Positions 10,391 through 19,550 of a stretch of 64,000 nucleotides of DNA are shown here, piece after piece (the stretch's first letter is position 1; the number at the start of each line of letters is the position of its first letter). Below the pieces are notes generated by a model that saw only the letters and a program-made list of their open reading frames with translations, had not been told where the DNA came from and did not search any database. Source of the DNA: an uncultured delta proteobacterium (GTDB taxonomy: Bacteria; Desulfobacterota; Syntrophobacteria; BM002); contig CAVQGX010000030.1 in NCBI GenBank assembly GCA_963712115.1, forward strand, positions 32,001 to 96,000, written 5' to 3'. Both the position numbers and the translations under genes were made by a program.

Positions 10391-10455
10391 ACTTCACTTT
10401 TCATATGTGACTTCTGTCTTCGGCCTGCTGGATAAATGTTCTTTCCCTGATTTCC

Positions 10456-10484
10456 TTGACAGTCAATCAGCAAAGGTTTATAAA
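10456..10484 (+). promoter_or_regulatory. Sigma70 promoter of tRNA-Ala
   Basis: TTGACA, 17 nt, TATAAA. Confidence 0.7.
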
Positions 10485-10498
10485 AAGGCCGGCAAAAA

Positions 10499-10574
10499 GG
10501 GGACGTAGCTCAGTTGGGAGAGCGCAGCGTTCGCAACGCTGAGGTCGTGGGTTCGAATCCCATCGTCTCCACCA
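10499..10574 (+). tRNA. tRNA-Ala (anticodon CGC)
   Basis: 76-nt cloverleaf; anticodon arm CAGCG-TTCGCAA-CGCTG; G3:U70; TTCGAAT T-loop; encoded CCA. Confidence 0.97.
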
Positions 10575-10583
10575 ATGAGTGGT

Positions 10584-10610
10584 AACCGCGGCCTTGACCG
10601 CGGTTTTCTT
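10584..10610 (+). terminator. Intrinsic terminator after tRNA-Ala
   Basis: AACCGCGG-CCTTGA-CCGCGGTT then T-rich tail. Confidence 0.75.
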
Positions 10611-10663
10611 TATCCCGGCGGAGGTTTCGAGCAGGGGTCTAATCATATTTTTGGAGGATTGTT

Positions 10664-10984
10664 ATGAAGCGGAAGGCAACTGCTATTTTGGCTTTTGTTG
10701 TTATATTGAGCATGGCGGCTCTTCCGGCAAAAGTCTATAGTACCAACGACGAGTATGAGTCCCTCGAATTCTTTCTGGATCAAGCCCTAAAGCAGACAAA
10801 GGATGCCGATCAACGAACCGAGATTCTTAATCGCTACCTAATAAAGGCCTTGGGATTGGTTTACCGGCAGAATAAAGAACTCATCCGTCTTCAGCGTCAG
10901 ACTCTGGATGCTATGCAAGAACTGCGAGATACAGAAAAGAAAGAGATGCGGGACTTGGAGATACGGATGCAGAGGAGTCAGTAA
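10664..10984 (+). CDS. Small exported hypothetical protein
   Basis: GGAGG RBS; signal peptide; helical body. Confidence 0.7.
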   Translation: MKRKATAILAFVVILSMAALPAKVYSTNDEYESLEFFLDQALKQTKDADQRTEILNRYLIKALGLVYRQNKELIRLQRQTLDAMQELRDTEKKEMRDLEIRMQRSQ

Positions 10985-11014
10985 GCAGAGAAAAGCAGGC
11001 AGCAGGTAGAACTT

Positions 11015-11082
11015 AGAGGTCAGAGATCAGATGTCGGAGGTCAGGGTTAAGCTGATCTCTGATCTCCGACTTCTGACCTCTG
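11015..11082. repeat. Heptamer palindrome family A copy
   Basis: AGAGGTCAGAGATCAGATGTCGGAGGTCAG..CTGATCTCTGATCTCCGACTTCTGACCTCTG. Confidence 0.85.
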
Positions 11083-11132
11083 TGATCGAATACTTGGCCA
11101 ATTACTTGACTCTCTACGTATGGTGATCAGGA

Positions 11133-11161
11133 TTGACAGGGTTCAATATTTCCCCTATAGT
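11133..11161 (+). promoter_or_regulatory. Sigma70 promoter of hisB
   Basis: TTGACA, 17 nt, TATAGT. Confidence 0.65.
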
Positions 11162-11233
11162 TCGCTGGCACAATGTAACTTGGCGGTTTTAATCTGCTCA
11201 GATAGCGCACCAACAGATATGGGAGGAAATGGG

Positions 11234-11821
11234 GTGCCAAGAAAAGCAAATATCACCAGAAAAACTAAAGAGACCAAAATCAAGCTGACTCTCAATCTAG
11301 ATGGCAGTGGGAAAAGCTCGATCAACACCACGGTTGGCTTTCTAGACCATATGCTCACGCTGCTGGCAGCCCACGGCCGTTTTGACCTGGAACTGAAAGC
11401 CGAAGGCGATCTCCGGGTGGATCAGCACCATACGGTTGAAGATGTCGGTATTTGTCTGGGGCAGGCTTTTGCCAAAGCCTTGGGAAAAAGAGAGTCCATT
11501 CGGCGCTACGGACAGCAATTCGTTCCCATGGATGAAGCACTTGCCTCGGTAGTGGTTGATCTATCCAACAGGCCATATCTGGTATATAACGTCCCTAAGC
11601 TGAGTGAGAGAGTAGGGGAGTTCGAGACTCAATTGGTCCAGGAGTTCTTCCGGGCCTTTACCGTAAATGGGGGCGTGACCATGCATGTAAATGCTTCTTA
11701 TGGTGACAACAGCCACCACCTTATCGAGGCTATTTTCAAGGCCTGGGCTAGGGCAATGAGACAGGCCTGTGCCATAGATCCGGGCCTTGACACCGTGCCT
11801 TCAACCAAGGGAGTTTTGTAG
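11234..11821 (+). CDS. hisB: Imidazoleglycerol-phosphate dehydratase
   Basis: RKTKET, FLDHML, DQHHTVED, PMDEAL, NSHHLIEAIFKA, PSTKGVL; GGAGG RBS before GTG. Confidence 0.96.
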   Translation: MPRKANITRKTKETKIKLTLNLDGSGKSSINTTVGFLDHMLTLLAAHGRFDLELKAEGDLRVDQHHTVEDVGICLGQAFAKALGKRESIRRYGQQFVPMDEALASVVVDLSNRPYLVYNVPKLSERVGEFETQLVQEFFRAFTVNGGVTMHVNASYGDNSHHLIEAIFKAWARAMRQACAIDPGLDTVPSTKGVL

Positions 11822-12005
11822 AAGTAGCCACCAGGCTACTGCGGCTCAAGGTGCAAGGCATAAGGCTAAGGGCATAAAAGAAAACTATCTTGATCCTTGA
11901 GCCCTGGGGCCTGAGCGAGGGGGTTCACTAGAATTGAGAAATCGAGCAACCTCCGCTTGACAATTCTGTCCAGATAAAGTTAAAAATAGAGGTTGGAAAA
12001 TTTAA

Positions 12006-12082
<77 letters not shown>

Positions 12083-12085
12083 ATT

Positions 12086-12122
12086 TAAAAAAGGACTCAG
12101 GGTTGATCCCGAGTCCTTTTTT
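12086..12122. terminator. Bidirectional intrinsic terminator
   Basis: AAAAAAGGACTCAGGG-TTGAT-CCCGAGTCCTTTTTT between convergent genes. Confidence 0.8.
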
Positions 12123-12189
12123 ATTTGCCTAAGAAGACGAACCTGCTCCTGATTCTCCCCTTGGTTGAGATGCCAGACCTCTCTTGGAT

Positions 12190-12957
12190 TTAAAAGCTCA
12201 CCGAGATGCCCGCGTACAATCCCGAAGTGTTGTAATTTAATTCTAGATCATTGGTGTCTACATCTACGAAGAAGGTCCGATAGCCAGCATGAATGTCAAC
12301 AAAGGGTATAGGAGTGAAGGAGAGTTCTGCCTGGGCGTCAACCATGTAACCGTCCCAATAGCCCATCCCCGTTGCCAAGATCCGAGCTTCCAAGATGTCA
12401 GCGAGAATGCCCAAATGGAAATTAAGTCCTAACATTGGTACCGGTACGGTGTAGTCCTCCTTTTGTCTTTGGCCAGTAGTCTCGGATCTTATCTCCGCTT
12501 CAAGATCGAAGACCCTGACCCTGCCCACAAGACCCAAAGAAAAGCCGGCCAGGACATTCTCCAGGTCAAGGACATCGTATTGATAGGTAAGGTCATATAC
12601 ATCGTATTTTAGGGTGCTTTTGACCCTATCACCCGCAGGATAGGTGTCGCCACCAAAGTTGATATCCTGGTCCAACGTCTCCCTACCATCGTAGTCTGCC
12701 CGATAAAATGAAAAGCTCAGGTGATGATCGCCCAGTCCAAGAAAAATTTCACCAAAGGGATAGTATTCATCATCAAAACCCAGGTCATCTTCCAGATCTA
12801 GTTTAGTGCCCGCGAGCGAGTTGTCGCTATATTTGATGTCTCCGTCTAAAGATGGGAACCAGTAATAGGCTCGCACACCTGCCTCAAAGCCCTGGGCAGG
12901 TAGGGCAGTTAGCATCAAGGTCAATGCACTTAGGCATAGTATCAGTATTTTTTTCAT
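12190..12957 (-). CDS. Outer-membrane beta-barrel protein (TIGR04219-like)
   Basis: Start MKKILIL at 12957 with GGGGA RBS; signal peptide; aromatic beta strands; C-terminal GLYAGISVSF. Confidence 0.8.
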   Translation of the reverse strand: MKKILILCLSALTLMLTALPAQGFEAGVRAYYWFPSLDGDIKYSDNSLAGTKLDLEDDLGFDDEYYPFGEIFLGLGDHHLSFSFYRADYDGRETLDQDINFGGDTYPAGDRVKSTLKYDVYDLTYQYDVLDLENVLAGFSLGLVGRVRVFDLEAEIRSETTGQRQKEDYTVPVPMLGLNFHLGILADILEARILATGMGYWDGYMVDAQAELSFTPIPFVDIHAGYRTFFVDVDTNDLELNYNTSGLYAGISVSF

Positions 12958-13060
12958 CTTGTCCCCCTTAGAGAACACCCTCGGTGCCCGATAAATAAGT
13001 ATTATCTGCCTTTCAAACGGTTTTTGAGTTGGAAGCTGAAATGGTTCAGCCAAACAATTA

Positions 13061-13075
13061 GCATGATTCGTGCCA
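13061..13075 (-). promoter_or_regulatory. Sigma54 (-24/-12) promoter
   Basis: Minus strand TGGCACGAATCATGC, GG-N10-GC, about 100 nt upstream of the barrel gene. Confidence 0.65.
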
Positions 13076-13148
13076 CGGAGGATAGTCCCGGAAACCTGGC
13101 TCTTCCCCGCATAGCGGGATTTTCGATGGGTTAGGTGAGAGTTTACTG

Positions 13149-13226
13149 AGGTTTCAGTGTTCAGGTTTCGGGTTTCAGCGTTTGTGTTTCTTCTTCCTGA
13201 CACCTGAAAGCTGACACCCGACACCT
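13149..13226. repeat. Heptamer palindrome family B copy
   Basis: GGTTTCAGTGTTCAGGTTTCGGGTTTCAG...CCTGACACCTGAAAGCTGACACCCGACACC. Confidence 0.8.
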
Positions 13227-13339
13227 TGGAATGTAGCAGGACTGATTTAGATAAGGTGCGAATAGGTCAATTGATCCATGAAAAAGCTAACAAACTTAAA
13301 CTACAGCCTTGAACGTAAGAGAATCACCCGGCCCATTGT

Positions 13340-14797
13340 TCACAGAAGCTTGACCACAACAAGTGTCATATCGTCTTCTTGAGGGGCGTTTCCCCGAAAG
13401 ATGCTGAGTTCATTAATGATCGCCTTCTGAATAGCATCCGCGGACTTGGTGACGTTTATCCGAATTACTTCGCGCAAACGATCTAGGCCAAACATCTCTC
13501 CCTCCAGATTAAGGGCCTCCCGGATACCATCAGTTCCTACAGCGATTACACTGCCAGCATTCCAGCCCTGGCGGCTAAACTCGTGGAATTCAATATTCTT
13601 GTCCACACCTAGAGCCATACCTTCCCCGGCCAACTCATCAAAGGTACCTTCCCCTGCGTCGTAAAAAATGGCTGGATCATGACCAGCTCGAACCCAACGT
13701 AGCATTTTGCTAGAGACATCTATTTCCATGAAAAACATGGTCATGAACCGGCCCGTTTCTTTTACGTCCCTGAAGAGCTCCTGATTGACATCAGTAACAA
13801 TGCGGGCGATGTCACCGGTCATGGCCGCCCGTTGGCGGATGAGGGCCCGGGCTGTGGTCATGAGAAGAGCCGCACCCACGCCGTGCTCAGATACATCAGC
13901 AACAACCACCCCCAAGCTGCCTCTAGGAAGGGCAAGGTAATCGTAATAATCCCCCCCGGTCTCATCGCAGTATTTACTGGTACCGGCAATATCTAGCCCG
14001 GCTAGGGACGGAGGTTCTTGGGGCAGAAGGTTTTGCTGCACCTCCTCGGCCAGTTTGAGGGCGGTGACCAGTTGTATACGATGTCTTAACCCTTTAATCA
14101 TGGTATTGGTGTGTCCAGCTATAACGCCAAATTCATCGTTGGTGGCAACTGGAACGAGTTTGGAGAGGTCACCCCGACTTACACGTTCCAACACATTGGT
14201 TTCATTGTCAAAAAGAAGTTTTAGATTCCTGGAATATGAAACTATCAGGTTAACTACCCAGAGCAAGAGCACGACCATGACGAAAAATACTTCGTAGGTC
14301 ACTGATCGCTGTGCTTGAGCTACGGACATCCCACTTTGGCCGATCTTGGCAAGCCAGACCACATCGCCGGAGATCACTAGGCCGATTATGGCCGCGACAA
14401 ATAGGGTGGCGGCAAAGGCGACCAAAGAGAACTTGCGGGTCATAGGGTAGAGACGCTTTGGGGGTGACAAAAACCTATTACTCTTGGAGGCCTGGTTGAT
14501 CACAGCGCGCTCACGGGCTAGAGCTGTGTCGAGGGAGAGAAAAAACCCGGCAATAGCGCAACCGAGGACCACCTTGAGCCCGCTCAGGGCCGGAAAATTG
14601 TAGACCATGATATTGTAGGACATGACAGCAGATCCCACCGCAAGGCAGAGGATGAAGTCGAGGACAAACTGCCGCTTGGACTGGGAAGTTTCGTCTATGG
14701 AGAGCACGAACCACCGTTCCAGGGGAGTCCTCACTGCGAGCGCCGCAAGGAAGGCAGTTAGAATAATTACCCCCAGGACCACGGGGGGTAAAGTCAC
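13340..14797 (-). CDS. Membrane SpoIIE/RsbU-like PP2C phosphatase with HAMP domain
   Basis: About 5 TM helices; HAMP (GDLS..VPV.TNDEFG); VQQNLLP, GGDYYD, ADVSEHG, TDG, DDMT. Confidence 0.9.
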   Translation of the reverse strand: MTLPPVVLGVIILTAFLAALAVRTPLERWFVLSIDETSQSKRQFVLDFILCLAVGSAVMSYNIMVYNFPALSGLKVVLGCAIAGFFLSLDTALARERAVINQASKSNRFLSPPKRLYPMTRKFSLVAFAATLFVAAIIGLVISGDVVWLAKIGQSGMSVAQAQRSVTYEVFFVMVVLLLWVVNLIVSYSRNLKLLFDNETNVLERVSRGDLSKLVPVATNDEFGVIAGHTNTMIKGLRHRIQLVTALKLAEEVQQNLLPQEPPSLAGLDIAGTSKYCDETGGDYYDYLALPRGSLGVVVADVSEHGVGAALLMTTARALIRQRAAMTGDIARIVTDVNQELFRDVKETGRFMTMFFMEIDVSSKMLRWVRAGHDPAIFYDAGEGTFDELAGEGMALGVDKNIEFHEFSRQGWNAGSVIAVGTDGIREALNLEGEMFGLDRLREVIRINVTKSADAIQKAIINELSIFRGNAPQEDDMTLVVVKLL

Positions 14798-15170
14798 CAG
14801 GAAAGGTCAGACCTGTCCGCCATATAAGGTCAGTACCGTAAGTGCAAAGATGTAATGCAGAGCTAATCGCAACATGCGGATTATCCTCAACTTCAAAAAT
14901 TAAGATTACGGTTTGGAATTGCTGTTGAACGCAGCTGATCCTTGTCATCACTTGAGATTAATAGTAAGGTCCAATTGTCCGGTTTTCAACTCTACCTGCT
15001 ATTCAGTAATGATGATTCGGTGTGGTTTGGTGAAAAAACTCCCCCTTTTAGCCTTTATAAAAATAATCTTGTATACTACTAAAGATTCTATAAATCTTTG
15101 ATATGGTATCATATCATCTTTAATCCTAGTTTGTTGGTACCTCAATTAAACCTCGGAGGAGCTTTCTGTC

Positions 15171-17696
15171 ATGAGAAAGGTTAAACCCCCTGTGGTAAAC
15201 AGGTCGCTTTCGTCCTGGATTTTAACTAGCAATTTAAAACTCCAGGCGTTGCTCCTTGTGGTCATTGTCATTGCTGTCTTTACCCGGGTCCTTCCTCTGG
15301 AGATGCAGAAGCGAATAGTCAATGAGGCTATTCGTTTCGGTGAACTAGAAATGCTTTTTCGCTACTGTGCACTGTATCTTGCCGCTGTTGTTCTCGCCGT
15401 TGGTTTGAAATACCTTATCAACGTTTTGCAAAATCTCATCGGCGAGACCGTGTTGGCCGACATGAGAAAGGAACTCTATCATCACATTCTCACCCTACCC
15501 CTAAATTTCTTCAGAAAGACCCAACCCGGCTTGGTGGTCTCGTCCTTGGTGACAGAGCTCGCCACCGCCGGTAGCTTCGTAGGTATGGCCATAGCCGTCC
15601 CGGTGACCAGTGTTTTAACCCTGTTAGCTTTTGCGGCCTACCTCCTCTGGCTAAACCCCCTTCTGGCAGTTATCTCTCTCAGCATCTATCCTCTGGTCCT
15701 GATTCTGCTGCCCAGGATTCAGCGAAGAGCCAACCTAGCCAACAAGGAGCGAGTGGACGTTACCAGGACACTATCTGGAAAAATTGGCGAGGCCATCAGC
15801 GGAATTCATGAGATTCACGGCAATGGTTCTTACCGCATTGAGAACCGCAAATACGACAAGATGGTCGAAGCCTTGCGCAAAGTCAGAGTCAGCTGGAACC
15901 TCTATAAATTTGGGGTAAAAGTATTAAACAATTTCTTCAACAGCTTAAGCCCTTTTCTGATCTTCATCGTAGGGGGTTACCTGGCCATTAAGGGGAGATT
16001 GGATTTAGGTGCCCTGGTTGCCTTTATCTCCGCCCAGGAAAAGCTCTATGAGCCGTGGAAGGAACTGATAGAATTCTATCAGGTTTATCAGGATGCCACT
16101 GTTCGTTACAGCCGGACCATGGAATACTTTGACGGCATGCCAGAGCACACTCTCGAACCTGAAGGCCGCAAGCCTTATGAGTTGGCAGGCAGCATAGAGG
16201 TCAAGGACCTGTCCTTTGAGGCTGAGGGGGGGATACAGCTCTTGGACAATATCAATCTCGAACTAAAACCAGGCGAACAACTGGCTTTGGTAGGTTTTTC
16301 CGGCAGTGGCAAATCCACATTAGCCCAATGCATCGGACAACTGCACAGTTACACGAGCGGTCATGTTTTCTTGGGTGGTAAAGAGGTGAAAGATCTATCG
16401 AAGAAAGACGTGGTTTACAACACGGGCTTTGTCTCTCAAACACCATTTACCTTCGAAGGGACTATCAGAGAAAATCTGCTCTACTCGTGTGCCTCGGTTA
16501 TCAATGGTGATGAAACTGTTGAGGGTGAGGCCATGCCCAGTTTGGACGACATGATCGAAACCTTGCAGCAGACGGGTATCTTTGTGGACGTCCTGCGATT
16601 CGGCCTCAATGCGATTCTCTTATATGACGAACACCAAGAGCTAGCTGCAAAACTTGTTCGGGTCCGCGAGAATTTCAAGCGCGATTTTGGCGAGGAGCTG
16701 GCAGATTATGTGGAGTTTTTCCATGAGGACGAGTACCTTTATCACTCGAGCGTCGCGGCAAATTTGACTTTCGGCTCCCCAAACAAAGAGACATACACCA
16801 TGGAAAGATTGCCTGAAAATGACTATTTCATGCGGTTTACAGGCGAGGCCGATCTTACCAGACCGCTGTTAACTCTTGGAGCTGATCTCTGCAGACAAAC
16901 CGTGGATATTTTGGGCAACCTACCGCCTGAGAATGTCTTTTTTGAACAAAGCCCAATATATGCAAATGAGTTAGAGGGGTATAAAGAGCTGGCAAAACGG
17001 TATGCCAAGAAAAGACTGCATCAACTAAGCTCTCAGGATAGAACCAACCTCTTACGACTAGCGCTGCGTTTTACTCCTAGCGTACACAAGATGGTAAGAA
17101 TGCCAAGCATTTTTGAAGAGTTGATTCTTGAGGGTCGCGCCCTGTTCAAAGAGAAGATTTCCCACGATGACCCCGAAGCTATCACTTTCTATCAGACCTC
17201 AGAGTACATATATTCGCAGACCATCCTAGATAATATACTTTTTGGAAAGACTAAAACAGTTAATCCACAAGCGGAGGAAAAAATCAACCAGTCCATTATT
17301 CAAGTACTTATCGAAGAAGATTTGTTGGAGACCATTGTTGAGATAGGCATGGAATTCGAGGTGGGCAGCAAAGGCGACAGGCTCTCCGGAGGCCAACGTC
17401 AGAAGTTAGCCATAGCTCGCATTTTCCTCAAGGCACCAGGTGTGCTTATCATGGACGAGGCTACGTCGGCCCTCGACAACAATTCTCAGTCTCGTATTCA
17501 GGGTTTACTTGATAGCCGATGGAAGGGAAAAAGCACCCTGATTGCCGTGGTGCACCGTTTAGACATTATCAGGGGCTATGACAAGATTGCAGTAATGAAA
17601 GCGGGAAGAATCGGTGAAATAGGGACCTACGAAGAACTCATCAACAAGAAGGGGATGTTGCATGAACTTATCTATGGAAAGAAGGCAGCCGCCTGA
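15171..17696 (+). CDS. ABC exporter (fused TMD+NBD) with large NBD insertion
   Basis: ABC membrane domain; GFSGSGKS; LSGGQRQ; ILMDEATSALD-type Walker B; H-loop VVHRL. Confidence 0.88.
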   Translation: MRKVKPPVVNRSLSSWILTSNLKLQALLLVVIVIAVFTRVLPLEMQKRIVNEAIRFGELEMLFRYCALYLAAVVLAVGLKYLINVLQNLIGETVLADMRKELYHHILTLPLNFFRKTQPGLVVSSLVTELATAGSFVGMAIAVPVTSVLTLLAFAAYLLWLNPLLAVISLSIYPLVLILLPRIQRRANLANKERVDVTRTLSGKIGEAISGIHEIHGNGSYRIENRKYDKMVEALRKVRVSWNLYKFGVKVLNNFFNSLSPFLIFIVGGYLAIKGRLDLGALVAFISAQEKLYEPWKELIEFYQVYQDATVRYSRTMEYFDGMPEHTLEPEGRKPYELAGSIEVKDLSFEAEGGIQLLDNINLELKPGEQLALVGFSGSGKSTLAQCIGQLHSYTSGHVFLGGKEVKDLSKKDVVYNTGFVSQTPFTFEGTIRENLLYSCASVINGDETVEGEAMPSLDDMIETLQQTGIFVDVLRFGLNAILLYDEHQELAAKLVRVRENFKRDFGEELADYVEFFHEDEYLYHSSVAANLTFGSPNKETYTMERLPENDYFMRFTGEADLTRPLLTLGADLCRQTVDILGNLPPENVFFEQSPIYANELEGYKELAKRYAKKRLHQLSSQDRTNLLRLALRFTPSVHKMVRMPSIFEELILEGRALFKEKISHDDPEAITFYQTSEYIYSQTILDNILFGKTKTVNPQAEEKINQSIIQVLIEEDLLETIVEIGMEFEVGSKGDRLSGGQRQKLAIARIFLKAPGVLIMDEATSALDNNSQSRIQGLLDSRWKGKSTLIAVVHRLDIIRGYDKIAVMKAGRIGEIGTYEELINKKGMLHELIYGKKAAA

Positions 17697-18189
17697 GTCC
17701 AGCGAATTTCAGCAGAATCTGGAGCTCCTGCGGCAGATGGATTTTTTTTCAGCCCTGCCGCTTGAAGCTCTCAAAGTTTTTGCCTATCTTTTCACTAGGG
17801 AGAAATTCAAGCCAGGAGATCATCTCTTTCAGCAAGACGATAATGACGGCAAAGCTTTTTATATTATCTCCGGAAGTGCTGATATAGTCAGGGAGGATGA
17901 AAGAGGTGAAACGATTTTGGGGAAATTCGCTCAGGGCGAGTTTTTAGGCGGCCTGGCACTACTAGGGGATATGCGCCGTCTTTTCTCTGTGAGGGCTCAG
18001 ACAGACCTAATGTGCTTGGTGATGACCCGCGAGAAGTTCACCAAAGCCATAGAACAATTCCCAGAACTCATGCCGAGAGTCTTGGAGGTCATGGTTAGGG
18101 AAATTCGCCTCTGGGAAGAGAGACTCCTCATAGAACCTGGGGGACTTTGCGACCAATGTCGAAAGAAAGTCGGTGTAAGCTTGATCTAA
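17662..18189 (+). CDS. Cyclic-nucleotide-binding (Crp-type sensor) domain protein
   Basis: LFQQDD..FYIISG..GEFLG..R.FSVRA; start may be 17674; overlaps ABC gene end. Confidence 0.82.
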   Translation: MNLSMERRQPPESSEFQQNLELLRQMDFFSALPLEALKVFAYLFTREKFKPGDHLFQQDDNDGKAFYIISGSADIVREDERGETILGKFAQGEFLGGLALLGDMRRLFSVRAQTDLMCLVMTREKFTKAIEQFPELMPRVLEVMVREIRLWEERLLIEPGGLCDQCRKKVGVSLI

Positions 18190-18279
18190 ATGGGCTAAGA
18201 TCCATAGTGATACTGGGTCAGCTTTCGGCTAAACAGAAGCTGATTGCTGAACTCTTATAAAGAAAGAAAGGTTGCAGTG

Positions 18280-18705
18280 ATGATCGCGGACGGAGTTTCA
18301 TTAGAACTGAGGAACAGCCTTTCCGAACTAGATACACTATGCCAAAGCCTGCAGCAGTTTGGAGAAGCGCTGGGCCTCTCTAACAAGGCCTTATTTCAAA
18401 TCTGTCTCGCCATGGAGGAGATTTTTAGCAATATCATATCCTATGGGTACACCGACGATGCTGTTCACTGGATCAAAATAGCCATTTCACATGATCAAGG
18501 AATTCTTATGATACGGTTGGAGGATGAAGGCATTCCCTTTAATCCGCTGTGGGCGGATGAACCAGATTGTGAATGTCCCGTGGAGGAGCGGAAAGTAGGC
18601 AACCTTGGTATCCATCTCTGCAAAAAAGTTATGGATGACATGATCTATGAAAGATGTGGGAACAAAAACATACTAACCCTAAAAAAAGACATAAAGGTTA
18701 CCTAG
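18280..18705 (+). CDS. Anti-sigma factor/Ser kinase (RsbW-like)
   Basis: LAMEEIFSNIISYG, D.G.PFNP, GNLGIHL. Confidence 0.88.
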   Translation: MIADGVSLELRNSLSELDTLCQSLQQFGEALGLSNKALFQICLAMEEIFSNIISYGYTDDAVHWIKIAISHDQGILMIRLEDEGIPFNPLWADEPDCECPVEERKVGNLGIHLCKKVMDDMIYERCGNKNILTLKKDIKVT

Positions 18706-18816
18706 TCAGGATGTCGAGCCAGTTTTTTTCAGCTTTACCGGATAGTAGGACGGTTGATGCCCCACCCGGGATGAGCAGTTGCCTCAAAAGAGAACGAGGC
18801 AAGGAGGGGAGAATAA

Positions 18817-19149
18817 ATGGAAGTATTGGAGAAAAGACAGGACGGGATTTGTATCTTGGGACTCCTTGGACGCCTTGATTCAAATACCTCTCCGGAATTC
18901 GAGAAAAAAATCTTTGAGGTAATCGATGATGGGACTAGAAGTGTGGTCGTGGATTTTGCCAGCTTGGATTACATTTCTAGTGCCGGATTACGGGTATTGT
19001 TAAAAGCGGCCAAGGAACTAAAGCGCTCAGATGGAAAAATAGTACTTTGTTCTATGAAAGATTACATCAAGGAGGTTTTTGAAATAGCGGGATTTGTTTC
19101 CCTCTTCCCCATAACCTCCTCGGTGGGAGATGCTGTAAAAGAGTTTTAG
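18817..19149 (+). CDS. STAS anti-anti-sigma factor (RsbV-like)
   Basis: GRLDS, LDYISSAGLRVL, EVFEIAGF. Confidence 0.92.
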   Translation: MEVLEKRQDGICILGLLGRLDSNTSPEFEKKIFEVIDDGTRSVVVDFASLDYISSAGLRVLLKAAKELKRSDGKIVLCSMKDYIKEVFEIAGFVSLFPITSSVGDAVKEF

Positions 19150-19487
19150 CCCGGGCTAGCGCTCAGCTTTGTCCTGGGGAGTGAGAGTTTTTTGTTGCCG
19201 CCGATACCTTTAGTGGTTTTGCTTTCACCGGACCGTAGAGGGACTGCGAGGAACTTTAAATCTAAAGTGGCAGTACATAGCAGTTTACAATGTATAGCAA
19301 TATATATCTAAATTGGGAATATATGTTTAAATTCTCCCTCCCCTCTGATTGACCAGACAGTTCAGGAATATTGCTGCACAAGTTGAGAACCGTCACAATA
19401 AGCGTAACTCATTTTAATCATAATAAAAGTTAGAACTATCGTCACGCTCTAAAGAAGGAAGACCATTTTGGCTTCCTCTTTTTCTTG

Positions 19488-19502
19488 TGGCACGGATCAT
19501 GC
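19488..19502 (+). promoter_or_regulatory. Sigma54 promoter of FHA gene
   Basis: TGGCACGGATCATGC, GG-N10-GC, 48 nt upstream of ATG. Confidence 0.7.
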
Positions 19503-19550
19503 TTTCTACTTAGTTGTCACAGTTAAAAGAGGACACGGAAGGAGAACCGC

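Larger units (their letters stand above)
8890..10407 (+). mobile_element. IS110-superfamily insertion sequence, IS1111-type (1518 bp)
   Basis: Subterminal IRs ATGAAAA (8897) and TTTTCAT (10398-10404) lie 7 nt and 3 nt inside the ends; removal restores a heptamer array; long 3' non-coding end. Confidence 0.85.

Noticed and set aside
12958-13224. N-terminal extension of the barrel ORF
   Set aside because: Reads through a family B repeat and the sigma54 promoter; signal peptide starts at 12957.
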